64,000 bases of DNA from Synechococcales cyanobacterium VAR_4_metabat_354. Its GTDB lineage: Bacteria > Cyanobacteriota > Cyanobacteriia > Cyanobacteriales > Chamaesiphonaceae. The stretch spans positions 46,574-110,573 of the forward strand of contig JANOQI010000042.1 in the NCBI GenBank assembly GCA_031414775.1, read 5' to 3'. The position numbers and the translations under genes are program-made. The notes under the pieces are model-generated. The model was given only the letters and a program-made list of their open reading frames with translations. It was not told the origin of the DNA and made no database searches. Each line of letters opens with the position of its first letter. Position 1 is the stretch's first letter. Positions 47,974-59,360 of the stretch are shown piece after piece.

Positions 47974-50435
47974 GATATAACTAAGCTCCTGAGGGTATTG
48001 ATGAGTAATGATTGGTCAAAGTTGCCTTTGGTGAGGTAAGCATTTGCGCCAGCAGCTAGACCACGCTGTTGATCTTCTGGTTTGGACAGGGTTGTTACTA
48101 AAATCACCGGGAGATCGCCATATTCCGGGATTTCTCGCAAGCGACTGGTTAGCTCTAAGCCGGTCATGTTTGGCATTTCGACATCGGATACTACCGCCGC
48201 AAACTCATTGGTTTGCAGTTTATCGAAACCATCCAGACCATCGATCGCCGTCGTGACAACATAACCCGCCCCTTCGAGAATACGCTTGACTTGTGTCCGA
48301 ATCGGAATAGAGTCTTCCACCAGCAAAATGTGCGGCGGTGCGATAGTATCCATCGTTAACATGGCACTACGCTCGGTGCTCACCGAGCGTCCACCAGCGG
48401 CGCTAAAGAGATCTTGGGGGTTTAGCACCATGCAGATTTCTCCGTTTCCCAAAATACTAGCTCCGGAGAGGTTTCGCACATTTTGGAGGAGTTGATTGAG
48501 GGCTTTCACCACAATCTGTTGTTGTTCAAGTAGCTCATCTACTAATATGCCCAAATACTCGCCATCTATTTTGATAAAGACGCAAGGGATCTTACCGGAA
48601 ACTTGGTTCAGGGATAGGGTGGAGTCCGGTGAAATTAGCGGTAGCTCTAGTAGATCGGCTAGCCAAGCGACTGATACGCCGCGCTCTTGCCAATGCACGG
48701 TCAATTTGCCATCGAGGGTGAAAATATCTTCCCGATCGATAAACTGCATGGTTTCGATCGCATCCAAGGCCAGGGCAAAAGGTTGACCATTAACCTGGAT
48801 AATTAGAGCGTCAACGGTCGCCAAACTGTTGTTTAGTAAGATGCGGAAGGTACAGCCTTGGCCAGGTTGAGATTCAGTCCGAATGGAGCCTTTGAGCTTT
48901 TCGATATTGGCGCGCACTACGTCCATCCCGACTCCCCGACCCGATATTTCGGTGACAGCGGTGCGGGTCGAAAAACCAGCCACAAAAATCAGTGACTGAA
49001 CTTGTTCGGGGTTCATCTGATCGAGTTCAGCAGAGGTATAGAGACCGCGCCGGATGGCAGTGGCACGGATTGCTTCGAGGTCTAAGCCCCGACCATCATC
49101 AGTGATGATAATTTCGATTTGATTACCGCGTTGCAAGCCTTTGAGGGTTAAGCGAGCGGTAGTTGATTTGTCTTGTCGATCGACTGCGGTTTCCAGGCCA
49201 TGATCGATCGCATTACGCAGAATGTGGGTGAGGGGATCTTTCAGGGCTTCTAAGATTTGCTTGTCAGCCAAGACCTCCCCGCCTTCGATCATAAAGTCAA
49301 TATCTTTACCTTGCTGCCGCGCCAAATCTCTGACCATGCGCGGAAAGAGCGCAAAAACCGTTTGCAACGGCAACATCCGAATTTGGCGAATGCCATTTTC
49401 TAAATCGTTGGCCACTGATTCTAGCCGTGTGGTATCTTCTCCCGAAGTCAGCCGCATTTGGTTTAGCAAATTGCTAAATTGGTGCAAGCGCGGGTCTTCG
49501 ATCGGAGCAATCCGCTGCCAATCTTCCCACAGACGATAGAGCGTGAGCAGGTCTTCATGGTGCTGTACCACCCGCAGTTTGGCTACAGCCAACTCATCAG
49601 CCTGAATCATCAGACGTTCTAGTCGGTTAGCAGCCACCCGAATAGTATTGATCTCAAAGACCTCTGCTACTGGTTCTACTGGAATGCTTGACAGGGGTTG
49701 AATCGGCGCTGGAATATCAGCTATTGCCTGGGGAACAGCGCTCGACTCGGAGATATCAGCAGTCACCTGTGGATTATCAATTAGCTTCGCTGCGGCAACC
49801 GAATGATCTTTATTTGGATCAAACTGTGAATCAAAAGATTCTGCCCACATTTCGGGCATTCCAACTCCCAAGTCTTGCTGATCTAAGATATTATTACCAA
49901 TGTCAAAGATCGAAGAATTGAAGACACTCATGAAATTATCTGGCACCAAATTGTCAGAAAATTGACCGTTACCACTCGCGATCGATATAAATTCTTCCAA
50001 CACCGGTAGTGTCGTTAACTCAGTGTCTACTGCTGCACTAGTGCCGGGGGGTTTACCACTCACCGCTAGCAGGGTGGCAATCACCTCAACTAACTTCAAA
50101 CCAGTGGGTTCACCCGTAACAGCTTCGTGAGCAATTTTTTTGACAGCATCTAATCCTTGGTAGAGAGCATCACAAATTGGTGGTGTCACGGCAGTTTCCT
50201 GACGATCGATCACGATTAGAATTTCTTCCATTTGGTGAACGATCACTTCGGCATCTTCCACCCCCAACATCCGGGAATCACCCTTGAGGGAGTGGGCCTC
50301 CCGCAACAACATCGGCAGCGGTGATAGATCGGTGGGTTTTTTTTCTAGTTGCAGCAACCCTTCTTCGATCGCCGTCAGATGTTCGGCACTGGCAACTTCA
50401 TAGAGGCTGCGCAACTCTTCATCATCAATGAACAT
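47970..50435 (-). CDS. cheA: Hybrid CheA (Hpt, dimerisation, HATPase, CheW, REC)
   Basis: AHSLKG, HILRNAIDHG, DDGRG, GFST...SGRGVGMD, C-terminal REC DVEMP. Confidence 0.93.
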   Translation of the reverse strand: MFIDDEELRSLYEVASAEHLTAIEEGLLQLEKKPTDLSPLPMLLREAHSLKGDSRMLGVEDAEVIVHQMEEILIVIDRQETAVTPPICDALYQGLDAVKKIAHEAVTGEPTGLKLVEVIATLLAVSGKPPGTSAAVDTELTTLPVLEEFISIASGNGQFSDNLVPDNFMSVFNSSIFDIGNNILDQQDLGVGMPEMWAESFDSQFDPNKDHSVAAAKLIDNPQVTADISESSAVPQAIADIPAPIQPLSSIPVEPVAEVFEINTIRVAANRLERLMIQADELAVAKLRVVQHHEDLLTLYRLWEDWQRIAPIEDPRLHQFSNLLNQMRLTSGEDTTRLESVANDLENGIRQIRMLPLQTVFALFPRMVRDLARQQGKDIDFMIEGGEVLADKQILEALKDPLTHILRNAIDHGLETAVDRQDKSTTARLTLKGLQRGNQIEIIITDDGRGLDLEAIRATAIRRGLYTSAELDQMNPEQVQSLIFVAGFSTRTAVTEISGRGVGMDVVRANIEKLKGSIRTESQPGQGCTFRILLNNSLATVDALIIQVNGQPFALALDAIETMQFIDREDIFTLDGKLTVHWQERGVSVAWLADLLELPLISPDSTLSLNQVSGKIPCVFIKIDGEYLGILVDELLEQQQIVVKALNQLLQNVRNLSGASILGNGEICMVLNPQDLFSAAGGRSVSTERSAMLTMDTIAPPHILLVEDSIPIRTQVKRILEGAGYVVTTAIDGLDGFDKLQTNEFAAVVSDVEMPNMTGLELTSRLREIPEYGDLPVILVTTLSKPEDQQRGLAAGANAYLTKGNFDQSLLINTLRSLVIS

Positions 50436-50458
50436 AATGGCGGTAGTGATAAAACAAT

Positions 50459-51793
50459 TTATACAATCAGTTGCAGCTGGTTGGTGGTTTCGACCAACTC
50501 ATTAGTGGCCGATTTCACTTCGGCAACGCCCGCCGCTGTTTCTAGAGAACCTAGATTGATCGCATTAATCGAAGCAACGGCCTGCTGGATGGTAATCGCT
50601 TGGCGCTTAGAACTATCCGAAATATCACGAGAGTTACTAAACACTTCGTTAATAGCTCGTTCAATCCCGGCAAAGGCTTCAGCGGTTTCGGAGGCTAAGA
50701 GAATCCCGGCGGCGGCTGTTTTGGTTCCTTCATCCGTCACCATTACGGTGTTGTTAATCGAAGCTTGTATTTCTGAAATCAGAGTATTAATTTTTTCGGC
50801 GGATTTTTTACTTTGGTCAGCCAGCTTCCGGACTTCTCCGGCAACTACGGCGAACCCCTTACCTTGTTCACCAGCTCGGGCTGCTTCTACCGCAGCGTTC
50901 AAAGAAAGCATGTTGGTTTGGTTCGCAATGTCGGCTACCAGAGTCGAAACTGACGAAATTTGAGCAGTTTGGGCACTCAACTGCATAATCTTTTCGGCAA
51001 TCGCCTCGACCTTCGATCGCAAGTCCATAATTCCTTCTAATGTCCGCAATACAGTTTCAGAGCCACTTTCTGACAAGGTGAGGGCTTTTTGGGCTTCAGA
51101 GCTAGAAGATTCTGCTTGCATCGCCGATCGCATGGAGGCCGCACCCAACTCTTCAATGGTAAGAGTGGTTGATTTCACTGAATCGGCCTGGGTAGATAGT
51201 AATTGCTCTTGTTGATCCAAAGAAGCTGCAATTCTGAGGGAGTTGCTCGAAACATTGGCAGTTGATTTGTTCAGGGTGGTGGTAATACTCTGGGCAATGA
51301 TTCCAATGAAGGCTAACGCCGCCAAGTTGGTGAAAAGCGTGAAGTTAGCTAGCAACCGCACTTGGGCTACGTGGTCGATGGTACTTTGATCAATTAACAT
51401 TGCCAAATTGTTGGAATTTTTAAAGATGATGTCAGCTTCCGTGGACAACTTACTAGCTAGTTTCGGATCCAAGAAATAAGATACAGTCAAAGACTGCAAC
51501 CGGTTGAAGTCACTCTTTAGCTCTTTGGCCGCAGCTTGCACTTTGGGGTTATTATCCTTGGCCAGTACTTCTAATTGCCGGGTAATTGCAGCCTGGGCGG
51601 CGTTATCGGTGGTTTGATTGGCTAGTGCTTGTCTGACAAATCGTTGTGATCCACTCCGCACTTGTCCGGCCGCATTGAGGGCATTGGAGTCATTGACTAT
51701 TTGTCCAATCCCGGACTGGAGAATGACCCCGTTGACTACAGCCAAACCAATCAATCCAGCGATCGCAAATTTCAAACTGTTGGTAATTTTCAT
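50459..51793 (-). CDS. Methyl-accepting chemotaxis protein
   Basis: Two TMs around a PilJ/NarX-like sensor (N.AG..R..SQR); [27 protein letters not shown]. Confidence 0.93.
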   Translation of the reverse strand: MKITNSLKFAIAGLIGLAVVNGVILQSGIGQIVNDSNALNAAGQVRSGSQRFVRQALANQTTDNAAQAAITRQLEVLAKDNNPKVQAAAKELKSDFNRLQSLTVSYFLDPKLASKLSTEADIIFKNSNNLAMLIDQSTIDHVAQVRLLANFTLFTNLAALAFIGIIAQSITTTLNKSTANVSSNSLRIAASLDQQEQLLSTQADSVKSTTLTIEELGAASMRSAMQAESSSSEAQKALTLSESGSETVLRTLEGIMDLRSKVEAIAEKIMQLSAQTAQISSVSTLVADIANQTNMLSLNAAVEAARAGEQGKGFAVVAGEVRKLADQSKKSAEKINTLISEIQASINNTVMVTDEGTKTAAAGILLASETAEAFAGIERAINEVFSNSRDISDSSKRQAITIQQAVASINAINLGSLETAAGVAEVKSATNELVETTNQLQLIV

Positions 51794-51842
51794 GGTGATA
51801 GCTCCTGATGGTAAGTAAAATATTGAGATATTTAAGTTGAAA

Positions 51843-52889
51843 CTAGGTGATGCTGAGCAGCTGGGGCAGGTTGAGAATGCTCAGCAGTTTCTCGCGATAG
51901 GGAATCGTACTGATGACCAAACCCTGGCGGCTCGATTGGTTGGCCACTGGCACCGTCGCCAACTCCGCCGGATCGAGATAGAGAATATCGTGTAGCTCAT
52001 CGATCGAGATGCCTGCTACTAAACTACCCACCTGCGCCACGATGGCCTCCGTCCCAATTGCGGGAGCATCCAGACGCAAGGCTGGTCGAATATCGACTAG
52101 GGTCATAATTTCGCCGCGCAGGTTCATATTGCCGATGATTCGATCGGGGCAGCAGGGAATAGGGCGCACATTTTGCACCTTAATAAATTCCCGCACTAGT
52201 TCCAAATTCATCCCAAAATATTCACCGCTCAGTCCAAATACGGCCAAGGGAATTAAGCGACTGGTGTCGCTGGTAACCAACAATTGCCGCAATTCCAATG
52301 CCCGTTGTTTCAAAAGCTGACGCTCGTCGTCAGTAGCGGTGGCAAAGTAGAGCTGATAAAAATCGGTGGTGAGATCGAGTTGGGCGCGGGCAATATCTTG
52401 CAATCGCTCTAAATTGGCGCTTAAGCTATCTGATTCGCCTATCCAATTAGTTAGTTCATCAGCCAAAACGATTAAAGCTTGGGGGTTCAACAATAAAATG
52501 TTGTCATCGCCCAGCTGTACTACACCCTGCAAAAACGCTGTATTTACATGGTTTTGCCGACTGTAGGTTAAGTCTTGGACAATATCAAGATCATCGATCG
52601 CACAGACCTCACTCACCTGGTCTACAATCAGGCCCACTTGCAAACCCTGACATTCCAGTACTACTACGTTGTCAGTGACCCGACAGACGGGAGTAGCTTG
52701 CCCCAGGCGACGGCGAAGATGCATTACGGGTAAAATTTTGCCCCGTAAATTAATGACTCCTAAAATGTCATGGGGAACTTCCGGAACAATTTGCAATTCC
52801 GGCAGCGGAAAGATTTCTAGCACATGGTCGGTACCAATGGCATACTGCAAATTTTGCAGCTGAAAAGTCAGGTACATGGAAGTACTCAT
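51843..52889 (-). CDS. cheW: Tandem CheW-domain protein
   Basis: Two CheW units ([13 protein letters not shown] and [15 protein letters not shown]). Confidence 0.9.
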   Translation of the reverse strand: MSTSMYLTFQLQNLQYAIGTDHVLEIFPLPELQIVPEVPHDILGVINLRGKILPVMHLRRRLGQATPVCRVTDNVVVLECQGLQVGLIVDQVSEVCAIDDLDIVQDLTYSRQNHVNTAFLQGVVQLGDDNILLLNPQALIVLADELTNWIGESDSLSANLERLQDIARAQLDLTTDFYQLYFATATDDERQLLKQRALELRQLLVTSDTSRLIPLAVFGLSGEYFGMNLELVREFIKVQNVRPIPCCPDRIIGNMNLRGEIMTLVDIRPALRLDAPAIGTEAIVAQVGSLVAGISIDELHDILYLDPAELATVPVANQSSRQGLVISTIPYREKLLSILNLPQLLSIT

Positions 52890-54046
52890 GTGGCTTTCAC
52901 TGTTTGGGGAATATATTTTTCCAAGACCGGCAGCAGTTTTGCTCGATCGACCGGCTTGGTGAGATACTGTGTGGAACCAGCAAACTGTCCTTTGAATTTG
53001 TCAACAATTCCGTCTTTAGCGGTCAGCATAATAATTGGGAGTTGTTTAAACTTAGGAATGGCGCGGATGGTGCGGCATAACTCTAGGCCGTCGATCTCCG
53101 GCATTGTTACATCCAACAACAACAAGGCCACTTTTTGGGTGTGCAAAATGTTGAGAGCGTCAACAGCATTATTCGCCAACTGCACATCGTATAAATCACC
53201 GATGGCTCGACCAATCATGGTCTGCACAATCTTGCTATCGTCTACACTCAAAATGATCGGGCGCGCAGTAGTTCTCAATGAGCCACTAGCTGCCACTGGA
53301 CTATCACTATTATTTTTTAAAATCAGCCAGCCCTGACGCGACCAAGTTAAGTAGGTTTGCGCCAAATTCAGTGGATCTTCGCCGCAGCCAATGGCAATTT
53401 CGGAGAGTTTAAACTGTCCCGTAAGCCACCGGCTAAAATGCGGCAAAATCTTGGGTGGTAAAGAAGCCGCATTTTTGGGTTCAGCACTAATCACTGTATC
53501 AAAAGTGATTTCGGGAGCTAATGATCGCCACACCTGCCCCCGTTTTTCTACAACTTGCTGAATCTGGGCTAAATCTAGGCCGTGGTGATCTTCACCGTAG
53601 GACAAATCAAAGATACTAGTTAGACTGTTCTTTAGTGCCCCAGAGCAGAGCTGGGTCTGTTCTAAAAGTACAGCCGCCTCTCTGTGCATCAGGTTCTCTA
53701 GGTCTGGCCACTTAATCAATCCAAAACGGGTAATAAATTCTACCAACTCACGTACAGAATCTGGGTTCTTGACCCGGGTAGTCATCACTTGTAGTGTTGA
53801 TTCCATATGGGTAATTTGCATTTTTTGGCTGATCCAATTCGCAAAGTCCAAAGGATTCATAACTTGACGACCAGCATAAGTCAGGTTGCCAGCCTGAAAT
53901 ACCATGAAAAATCTAAGGATGGGGGGCTGTTGTTGTTCCGGTAAAATGGTATTGCTATAAATACCCTCAAACTCGGTAATGCCACTAAAGCCTTGGGCCT
54001 TAATTTGGTGGAGCGAACTAATTAGTTCACCAGCTCGTACTTGCAT
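52886..54046 (-). CDS. PatA-family response regulator
   Basis: N-terminal PATAN-like region; C-terminal REC (VDDS, LLDVTMPEIDG, YLTKP). Confidence 0.85.
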   Translation of the reverse strand: MQVRAGELISSLHQIKAQGFSGITEFEGIYSNTILPEQQQPPILRFFMVFQAGNLTYAGRQVMNPLDFANWISQKMQITHMESTLQVMTTRVKNPDSVRELVEFITRFGLIKWPDLENLMHREAAVLLEQTQLCSGALKNSLTSIFDLSYGEDHHGLDLAQIQQVVEKRGQVWRSLAPEITFDTVISAEPKNAASLPPKILPHFSRWLTGQFKLSEIAIGCGEDPLNLAQTYLTWSRQGWLILKNNSDSPVAASGSLRTTARPIILSVDDSKIVQTMIGRAIGDLYDVQLANNAVDALNILHTQKVALLLLDVTMPEIDGLELCRTIRAIPKFKQLPIIMLTAKDGIVDKFKGQFAGSTQYLTKPVDRAKLLPVLEKYIPQTVKAT

Positions 54047-54363
54047 AATTTATGACTACCCCTCATCTGGGATTAGGATGGCGACAGAAAATAGGAACTT
54101 AAGCTTAAGATGCCCAGTTTAGGATGCGAAAAGCAACTCAATAGTTTAGAGAAATGGAGGAAATGTGATGGGCGCTCGTATTTAGCGAACTGCGGATAAA
54201 CGTGAAGACCAGAATGTGTTGATTCTCTCATTGCTAAAAAGCCTCTACTCTGCTCACAGGCTGATTTTAGCATTCAGCTTGAATCAGAATCTAAGCATAA
54301 AGTCTTATTGGCAGTTCCTGGCAGAGTAAAATATCCAAATTACCTCCACCGGGAAGCAGTTCA

Positions 54364-55542
54364 GTGCCAACAGCCCTCATTCCACCCCCAGTAGCTCTTC
54401 AAAAAGATTGGAAATGGCATTGGTGGCTATCCTTGCCCCTATATCCTTACAGTCAGCGGCGCACGCTCCGTACTGACATAATTCCAGACTGGGCATGGAG
54501 TTTTGAGCAAATTCAGGGTGTTTTGTATGTTGTCACACCTCTCCGCATGACGGTGATTCGGTTAAATGAAGGCGGTCTACTTATCTATGCTCCGATCGCA
54601 CCCACTGCCGAATGTCTGAGGTTGGTGAATGAGTTAGTCGATCGATACGGCGCGGTTCAGCATATTATTTTGCCAACTTTGTCGGGACTAGAGCACAAAG
54701 TATTTGTAGGGCCATTTGCACGCAATTATCCGCTGGCTAATGTTTATGTGGCTCCTGGTCAGTGGAGTTTTCCAGTGAATTTGCCTTTAAGTTGGCTGGG
54801 TTTACCCGCTGGCCGCACCAAATTATTGGGGCAAGATAACCCCTTTGGCGACCGATTTGACTATGCCATGCTCGGACCGATAGATTTGAACTTGGGTAAA
54901 TTTGGTGAAGTGGTGCTGTTCGATCGACAGCTGAAATTATTGCTAGTCACTGATACGGTGCTGTCGATTCCCGATCAACCCCCAGCTATTGTGCAACTAG
55001 ATCCCTATCCTTTGCTGTTTCACGCTCGCAACCGAGCCAGCGATCCAATTATCGATACCGCCGCGCAACGTCTCAAAGGTTGGCAGCGGGCGGTGTTATT
55101 CACCTTTTATTTCCGTCCCAGCGCCGTAGAAATTAGTAGTATTCCCCAGATGCTGCAATCTTTTTCCATCGCTCCCGACCAGTCCCGGCGCGCCTTTTTT
55201 GGACTGTATCCTTTTCAGTGGCAGCAGCAGTGGCGGTCATCCTTCCAGGCTTTGCAGGGAGATGGTCGGCTGCTAGTAGCACCAATTTTGCAGCAGCTAA
55301 TTTTAAATCGCGATCCGCAACAGACTTTGGCTTGGATCGATCGAGTGGTGCAATGGGATTTCCAGCAAATCGTTCCCTGCCATTTTCAAGCCCCGATTCC
55401 CGCCACGCCTGCCGAATTCCGAGCAGCCTTTGACTTTCTCACCCACGGTCGCCAGTTGCCCAGTGCCGACTTTCAACTGCTCCAAGACATTGATACCTCC
55501 CTTGGGAAAATTGGTATCATCCCACCAGCTGTGCATAGTTAG
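54364..55542 (+). CDS. DUF4336-like protein
   Basis: RMTVIRL..GGL.IYAPIAPT.E, EHK, LLVTD, VPCH. Confidence 0.8.
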   Translation: MPTALIPPPVALQKDWKWHWWLSLPLYPYSQRRTLRTDIIPDWAWSFEQIQGVLYVVTPLRMTVIRLNEGGLLIYAPIAPTAECLRLVNELVDRYGAVQHIILPTLSGLEHKVFVGPFARNYPLANVYVAPGQWSFPVNLPLSWLGLPAGRTKLLGQDNPFGDRFDYAMLGPIDLNLGKFGEVVLFDRQLKLLLVTDTVLSIPDQPPAIVQLDPYPLLFHARNRASDPIIDTAAQRLKGWQRAVLFTFYFRPSAVEISSIPQMLQSFSIAPDQSRRAFFGLYPFQWQQQWRSSFQALQGDGRLLVAPILQQLILNRDPQQTLAWIDRVVQWDFQQIVPCHFQAPIPATPAEFRAAFDFLTHGRQLPSADFQLLQDIDTSLGKIGIIPPAVHS

Positions 55543-55622
55543 TCGAATTTCGGAATTATCCTGATTCATCTTGTATCTTAAAAATAAGCATTTAACTTTT
55601 AGCCCTGCGTATCGTCCGTACT

Positions 55623-56345
55623 ATGAAGAGACTGCTCTGGCTAATATTCCTGACCATTTTGAGCACGGCTGTGATTATTTTACCGACCAATCAGGCGATC
55701 GATTCGGCCTCCAATAAAATTAGCCAAATAGCAACCACCCAGATGGCTAGTGCTACTTTACAGAATCTGTGGCAAACAACTAATACCAGTCAAGTCTGGA
55801 ACCACAGTGGCGCAGTGATGATGCCGCTAGCCGCGCAAATTACGGCCAGTCGAAATCCGGCCGGTCAAAGCCTGACAACCTTCCAGAAAAAATACCTGCG
55901 GGCTGATTTTGGTGATTTAGTCGATCGAGTCCAAATTAATTACAACGCCAAACTACTCGATCGCTGGTCGAATGGCGATCGGGAAGTGCATGTTGGGGAA
56001 GTCGATGCCACCGCCCAAGCTTTTTGCGATCGAATATACATCCGGGCTGGTTACCAGCCGCAAGATACCGCCCAACTAGTACTCTTGGCACACGAACTCA
56101 CGCACTTTCAGCAATGCCTCCAACAGGGGGGCTTACAAAAATTTGGCACCAGCTACTTTACCGCCTACCAACAGGCTGACCAAAATTATGCCAATAACCA
56201 GTTTGAAAAAGCCGCTCGCACCCAAGAGAAAAAATTCATCAAAAGCCTCTGTCAGCAAATCGATTGCCAACATCCGCGCGGTAGATATTATCCGCACTAC
56301 CGAGGAGTTGACACTAAATTACCAGTTAAAATTAACACTGATTAG
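55623..56345 (+). CDS. Secreted HExxH protein (DUF4157-like)
   Basis: Signal peptide; AQAFCDRIY, LLAHELTHFQQ, FEKAA. Confidence 0.72.
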   Translation: MKRLLWLIFLTILSTAVIILPTNQAIDSASNKISQIATTQMASATLQNLWQTTNTSQVWNHSGAVMMPLAAQITASRNPAGQSLTTFQKKYLRADFGDLVDRVQINYNAKLLDRWSNGDREVHVGEVDATAQAFCDRIYIRAGYQPQDTAQLVLLAHELTHFQQCLQQGGLQKFGTSYFTAYQQADQNYANNQFEKAARTQEKKFIKSLCQQIDCQHPRGRYYPHYRGVDTKLPVKINTD

Positions 56346-56353
56346 CTATCGAA

Positions 56354-56842
56354 CTAGAAACGGTAACCACCACCGATACTGAATACAGTGCCCAAAACTG
56401 AGTTGGTATCAAAAGGCACCTTGATATCCCCAGTAACCGCAATACCTGGATCGAGATTAATATCGACTCCTGCTTGCGCAAAACCCGTAGTTGAAGAGCC
56501 AGTAGTACCACCAACATTGACAGTATAGAAATTCATTCCCAACCCCAGAAATGGCAAGATTTGAGAATTATCAACATTGATGTCATAGGTAGCCGAACCG
56601 CCAAAAACCGTTACTCCGGCTCCGGCCAAGTTGGTAAAGCTATAGGAAGGACGCACTGCAATATTATCGGTAATATTAAACTTACCTTCTATCCCCAAAA
56701 TACTTTGACCGTTACCAATCGTAATTGCTGGGCCAATAAAGTTTTTTTTCCCTTTGCCACCAGCCTGGGCGGTACTCGGAAAATAACAACAGAGAGAGAA
56801 TATGAGAGCTAAGAGTGCGGTGATCGATCGATAATTATTCAT
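56354..56842 (-). CDS. Small outer-membrane beta-barrel protein
   Basis: Signal peptide ending AQA, alternating beta strands, C-terminal GYRF. Confidence 0.8.
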   Translation of the reverse strand: MNNYRSITALLALIFSLCCYFPSTAQAGGKGKKNFIGPAITIGNGQSILGIEGKFNITDNIAVRPSYSFTNLAGAGVTVFGGSATYDINVDNSQILPFLGLGMNFYTVNVGGTTGSSTTGFAQAGVDINLDPGIAVTGDIKVPFDTNSVLGTVFSIGGGYRF

Positions 56843-57074
56843 GGGTTCAGATTTTGCTTGTGAAGTTATTCTATTACGACATCATGCGCATAGCTTACCC
56901 ATCAAGACGACTAGGTAATAGTAATGTCTGAATTAAAATCTCCAGTTTTAGTTCCAACACTGACATTCGTGACCAATGATTGGAATAGTTAATGAATCTT
57001 CGACAACAACAATTCATACGAATTTCATATACTTAGTTTTTTGTATCATTTTTAACCAAATCACCAGAACTTTT

Positions 57075-57527
57075 ATGCCCCATTTAGTCCTCGTCCATCC
57101 ACAAATCCCCCCCAACACTGGCAATATTGCTCGCACCTGTGCCGCCACTAAAACCGACCTGCACCTGGTGAAACCACTGGGTTTCGAGATCACCGATCGT
57201 TACCTAAAACGAGCCGGTTTAGACTACTGGCCCTACGTGAAATTACATATGCATGAATCGCTCACCGATCTACTGGCAGTGCAAGCTGGTGGTCGTTGGG
57301 TGGGTTTTAGTGTCAAAGGGCAGTCCGCTCATCATGATTTTGCTTTCCAAGATACCGATTGGCTACTCTTTGGCAGTGAGACCAATGGCTTGCCAGCAGA
57401 GGCTTTACAAGCTTGCGATGCCACACTATATATCCCCATGCGCGAACCTGGTGTCCGGAGTTTGAACTTGTCAGTGAGCGTAGCCGTAGGTTTATTTGAA
57501 GCTTATCGACAAATAGGTTTTACTTAG
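57075..57527 (+). CDS. trmL: tRNA (cytidine/uridine(34)-2'-O)-methyltransferase
   Basis: PQIPPNTGNIARTC, RAGLDYW, FGSET.GLP, IPM....RSLNLS; start at ATG 57075. Confidence 0.92.
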   Translation: MPHLVLVHPQIPPNTGNIARTCAATKTDLHLVKPLGFEITDRYLKRAGLDYWPYVKLHMHESLTDLLAVQAGGRWVGFSVKGQSAHHDFAFQDTDWLLFGSETNGLPAEALQACDATLYIPMREPGVRSLNLSVSVAVGLFEAYRQIGFT

Positions 57528-58176
57528 GATATAAAAGTGAATATTCTGTCTAATTAAAATAAGTTATGCAAGCTATATCCCTCTCTCTGTAAAACTTTCA
57601 TCATATTTATGAACAAATATAAAGAAATAATACTATTGTTAAAACATAAGAAATTTCTATCATAAATTACGGCTGGTTACAGCTGATTCTTTTTGATTTC
57701 TTTGATGATTAATCTAGACCAAGATACTTAAACCAAGTATTGATAGGCATTTCAGCCCCGCCCATTTTTAAAACCATGGCAACATAATCAAAATCTCTCC
57801 GAAAATATACGGTTGCGAGAGACGAATCACATGGCTTAGATTCTACTTGTATTAGCTAGACACTAGCTGACATATGTTATCTAAGCCATTGTCAGAATCA
57901 TTAATTTGATCTGAACTAATGTACTTCAACATATCAAACAGATCCAAAAGTAAATTAGTAGAAACTTGCAAATTTTTACAAATTGACATACAGTGTGCTG
58001 GAAAGCAGTTAAAGCTTAAGAAATTATTATTTTTACTACCTATTGGTATAAACATTTTTGAAAAAGTGTGAGAGGAGTAACATGGTTCACTCGAAGTCCA
58101 GAGAAAGTAAAAAATCTTGATCTGAATTTGTAAACGAAGCGCCATTTACCGTTTTATTTAAGTTAGGAGGTTATGT

Positions 58177-59235
58177 TTGAAGAGCGTGATTACACAGAAG
58201 GTTCAGTTAGTTCCTTCCCCAGCCGCCCATGGCGCGACCTTGGATCGCCAAGTTACCATCGCAAAACCAGACGTTAAGGAAGTCTTGACTCAGCAACTTT
58301 CTCTGGATTCTAAGCACTTCGCTTCCCCCCAAGATGATTGTCAGCAACCTGTCTCAAAACTCGCCGCCGGTATCGCTATATCAGTTGGAACTTGTGGCTT
58401 GCTGCTCTCTCAATTTTCTGGTTTAGCTGTCGCTAATGGCGGTCTTTCTGGCGGTAAGGTGTTAGAAGTTACGTCTTCGGTATCTAAAGAAGATGTCTAC
58501 ATGCAGCAGTTACGTCAAGATGCTTCCTCCCTCAGAACTAAGCACGAAGGGACAGACGCATTCATTGATGATGCTCAACCCCAACTGGTAGCCCAAAGAG
58601 TTAGACCAAACAGTTTCATTCGTTCAGTTCCTAGTGGAGCTTATGCCACGCCTATTGGCTACGCAGCACCTATCAAGAGCGGTTACGTAGCACCCATGAA
58701 AGCACCAAGCGCGGTGGCAATTCCGGTACCAGCACCAAGAGGATTCCAGTTGCCAACAGCGGTGCAACAACCCGCGCAATTCCAGCGGTTTGCCACTAAT
58801 ACTTACAATTCTACCGTGCAGACCACTACTAATCAGAATACCCCACCAGTTGGTAAAGTCTGGCCAGCGCGTGGTTCTTTTACCTCTGGCTTTGGCCGCC
58901 GTTGGGGTCGGATGCATAAGGGTATTGATATCGCGGCACCGGTGGGTACTCCGATTGTGGCTGCTGATGATGGTGTCGTCGTAGTTGCTGGTTGGGATAA
59001 AGGTGGGTATGGTAAGCGGGTTGATATTCAGCACGCTGATGGTACCAGAACTCTCTATGGTCACAGTAGCCGTTTGTTGGTAGCTGTTGGTCAACAGGTT
59101 AAGCAAGGTCAACAGATCTCGGCTATGGGTAGCACTGGTCGTAGTACTGGTCCTCACTTGCACTTCGAGTTTCATGTTCCTGGTGGTAGTGCGGTCAATC
59201 CCATTGCCTACTTACCTTCAGCGTCTCGTTCTTAG
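58177..59235 (+). CDS. M23 family metallopeptidase
   Basis: MHKGIDIA, YGH, MGSTGRSTGPHLHFE; AGGAGG RBS before TTG start. Confidence 0.9.
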   Translation: MKSVITQKVQLVPSPAAHGATLDRQVTIAKPDVKEVLTQQLSLDSKHFASPQDDCQQPVSKLAAGIAISVGTCGLLLSQFSGLAVANGGLSGGKVLEVTSSVSKEDVYMQQLRQDASSLRTKHEGTDAFIDDAQPQLVAQRVRPNSFIRSVPSGAYATPIGYAAPIKSGYVAPMKAPSAVAIPVPAPRGFQLPTAVQQPAQFQRFATNTYNSTVQTTTNQNTPPVGKVWPARGSFTSGFGRRWGRMHKGIDIAAPVGTPIVAADDGVVVVAGWDKGGYGKRVDIQHADGTRTLYGHSSRLLVAVGQQVKQGQQISAMGSTGRSTGPHLHFEFHVPGGSAVNPIAYLPSASRS

Positions 59236-59263
59236 TTATTAACAGCAAAGTTAAATAAGATAT

Positions 59264-59290
59264 AAAAATGGGTGCCATGCACCCATTTTT
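59264..59290 (+). terminator. Intrinsic terminator after the M23 gene
   Basis: AAAAATGGGTGC-CAT-GCACCCATTTTT. Confidence 0.8.
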
Positions 59291-59294
59291 AGTT

Positions 59295-59308
59295 GGTACT
59301 GGAGTTCT
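59295..59308 (+). promoter_or_regulatory. Cyanobacterial LexA (SOS) box
   Basis: GGTACTGGAGTTCT matches RGTACNNNDGTWCB exactly, about 50 nt upstream of uvrA. Confidence 0.75.
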
Positions 59309-59360
59309 GGTAGAATCTTTGATATATTAGTATATCCGCACTGCTGATTCTGGTTGACTT

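Noticed and set aside
50349..50963. 204-aa plus-strand ORF
   Set aside because: Antisense to the conserved MCP signalling domain
57852..58145. 97-aa minus-strand ORF in an AT-rich region
   Set aside because: No motif; lies in the probable promoter and leader of the M23 gene
58624..59175. 183-aa minus-strand ORF
   Set aside because: Antisense to the M23 peptidase domain
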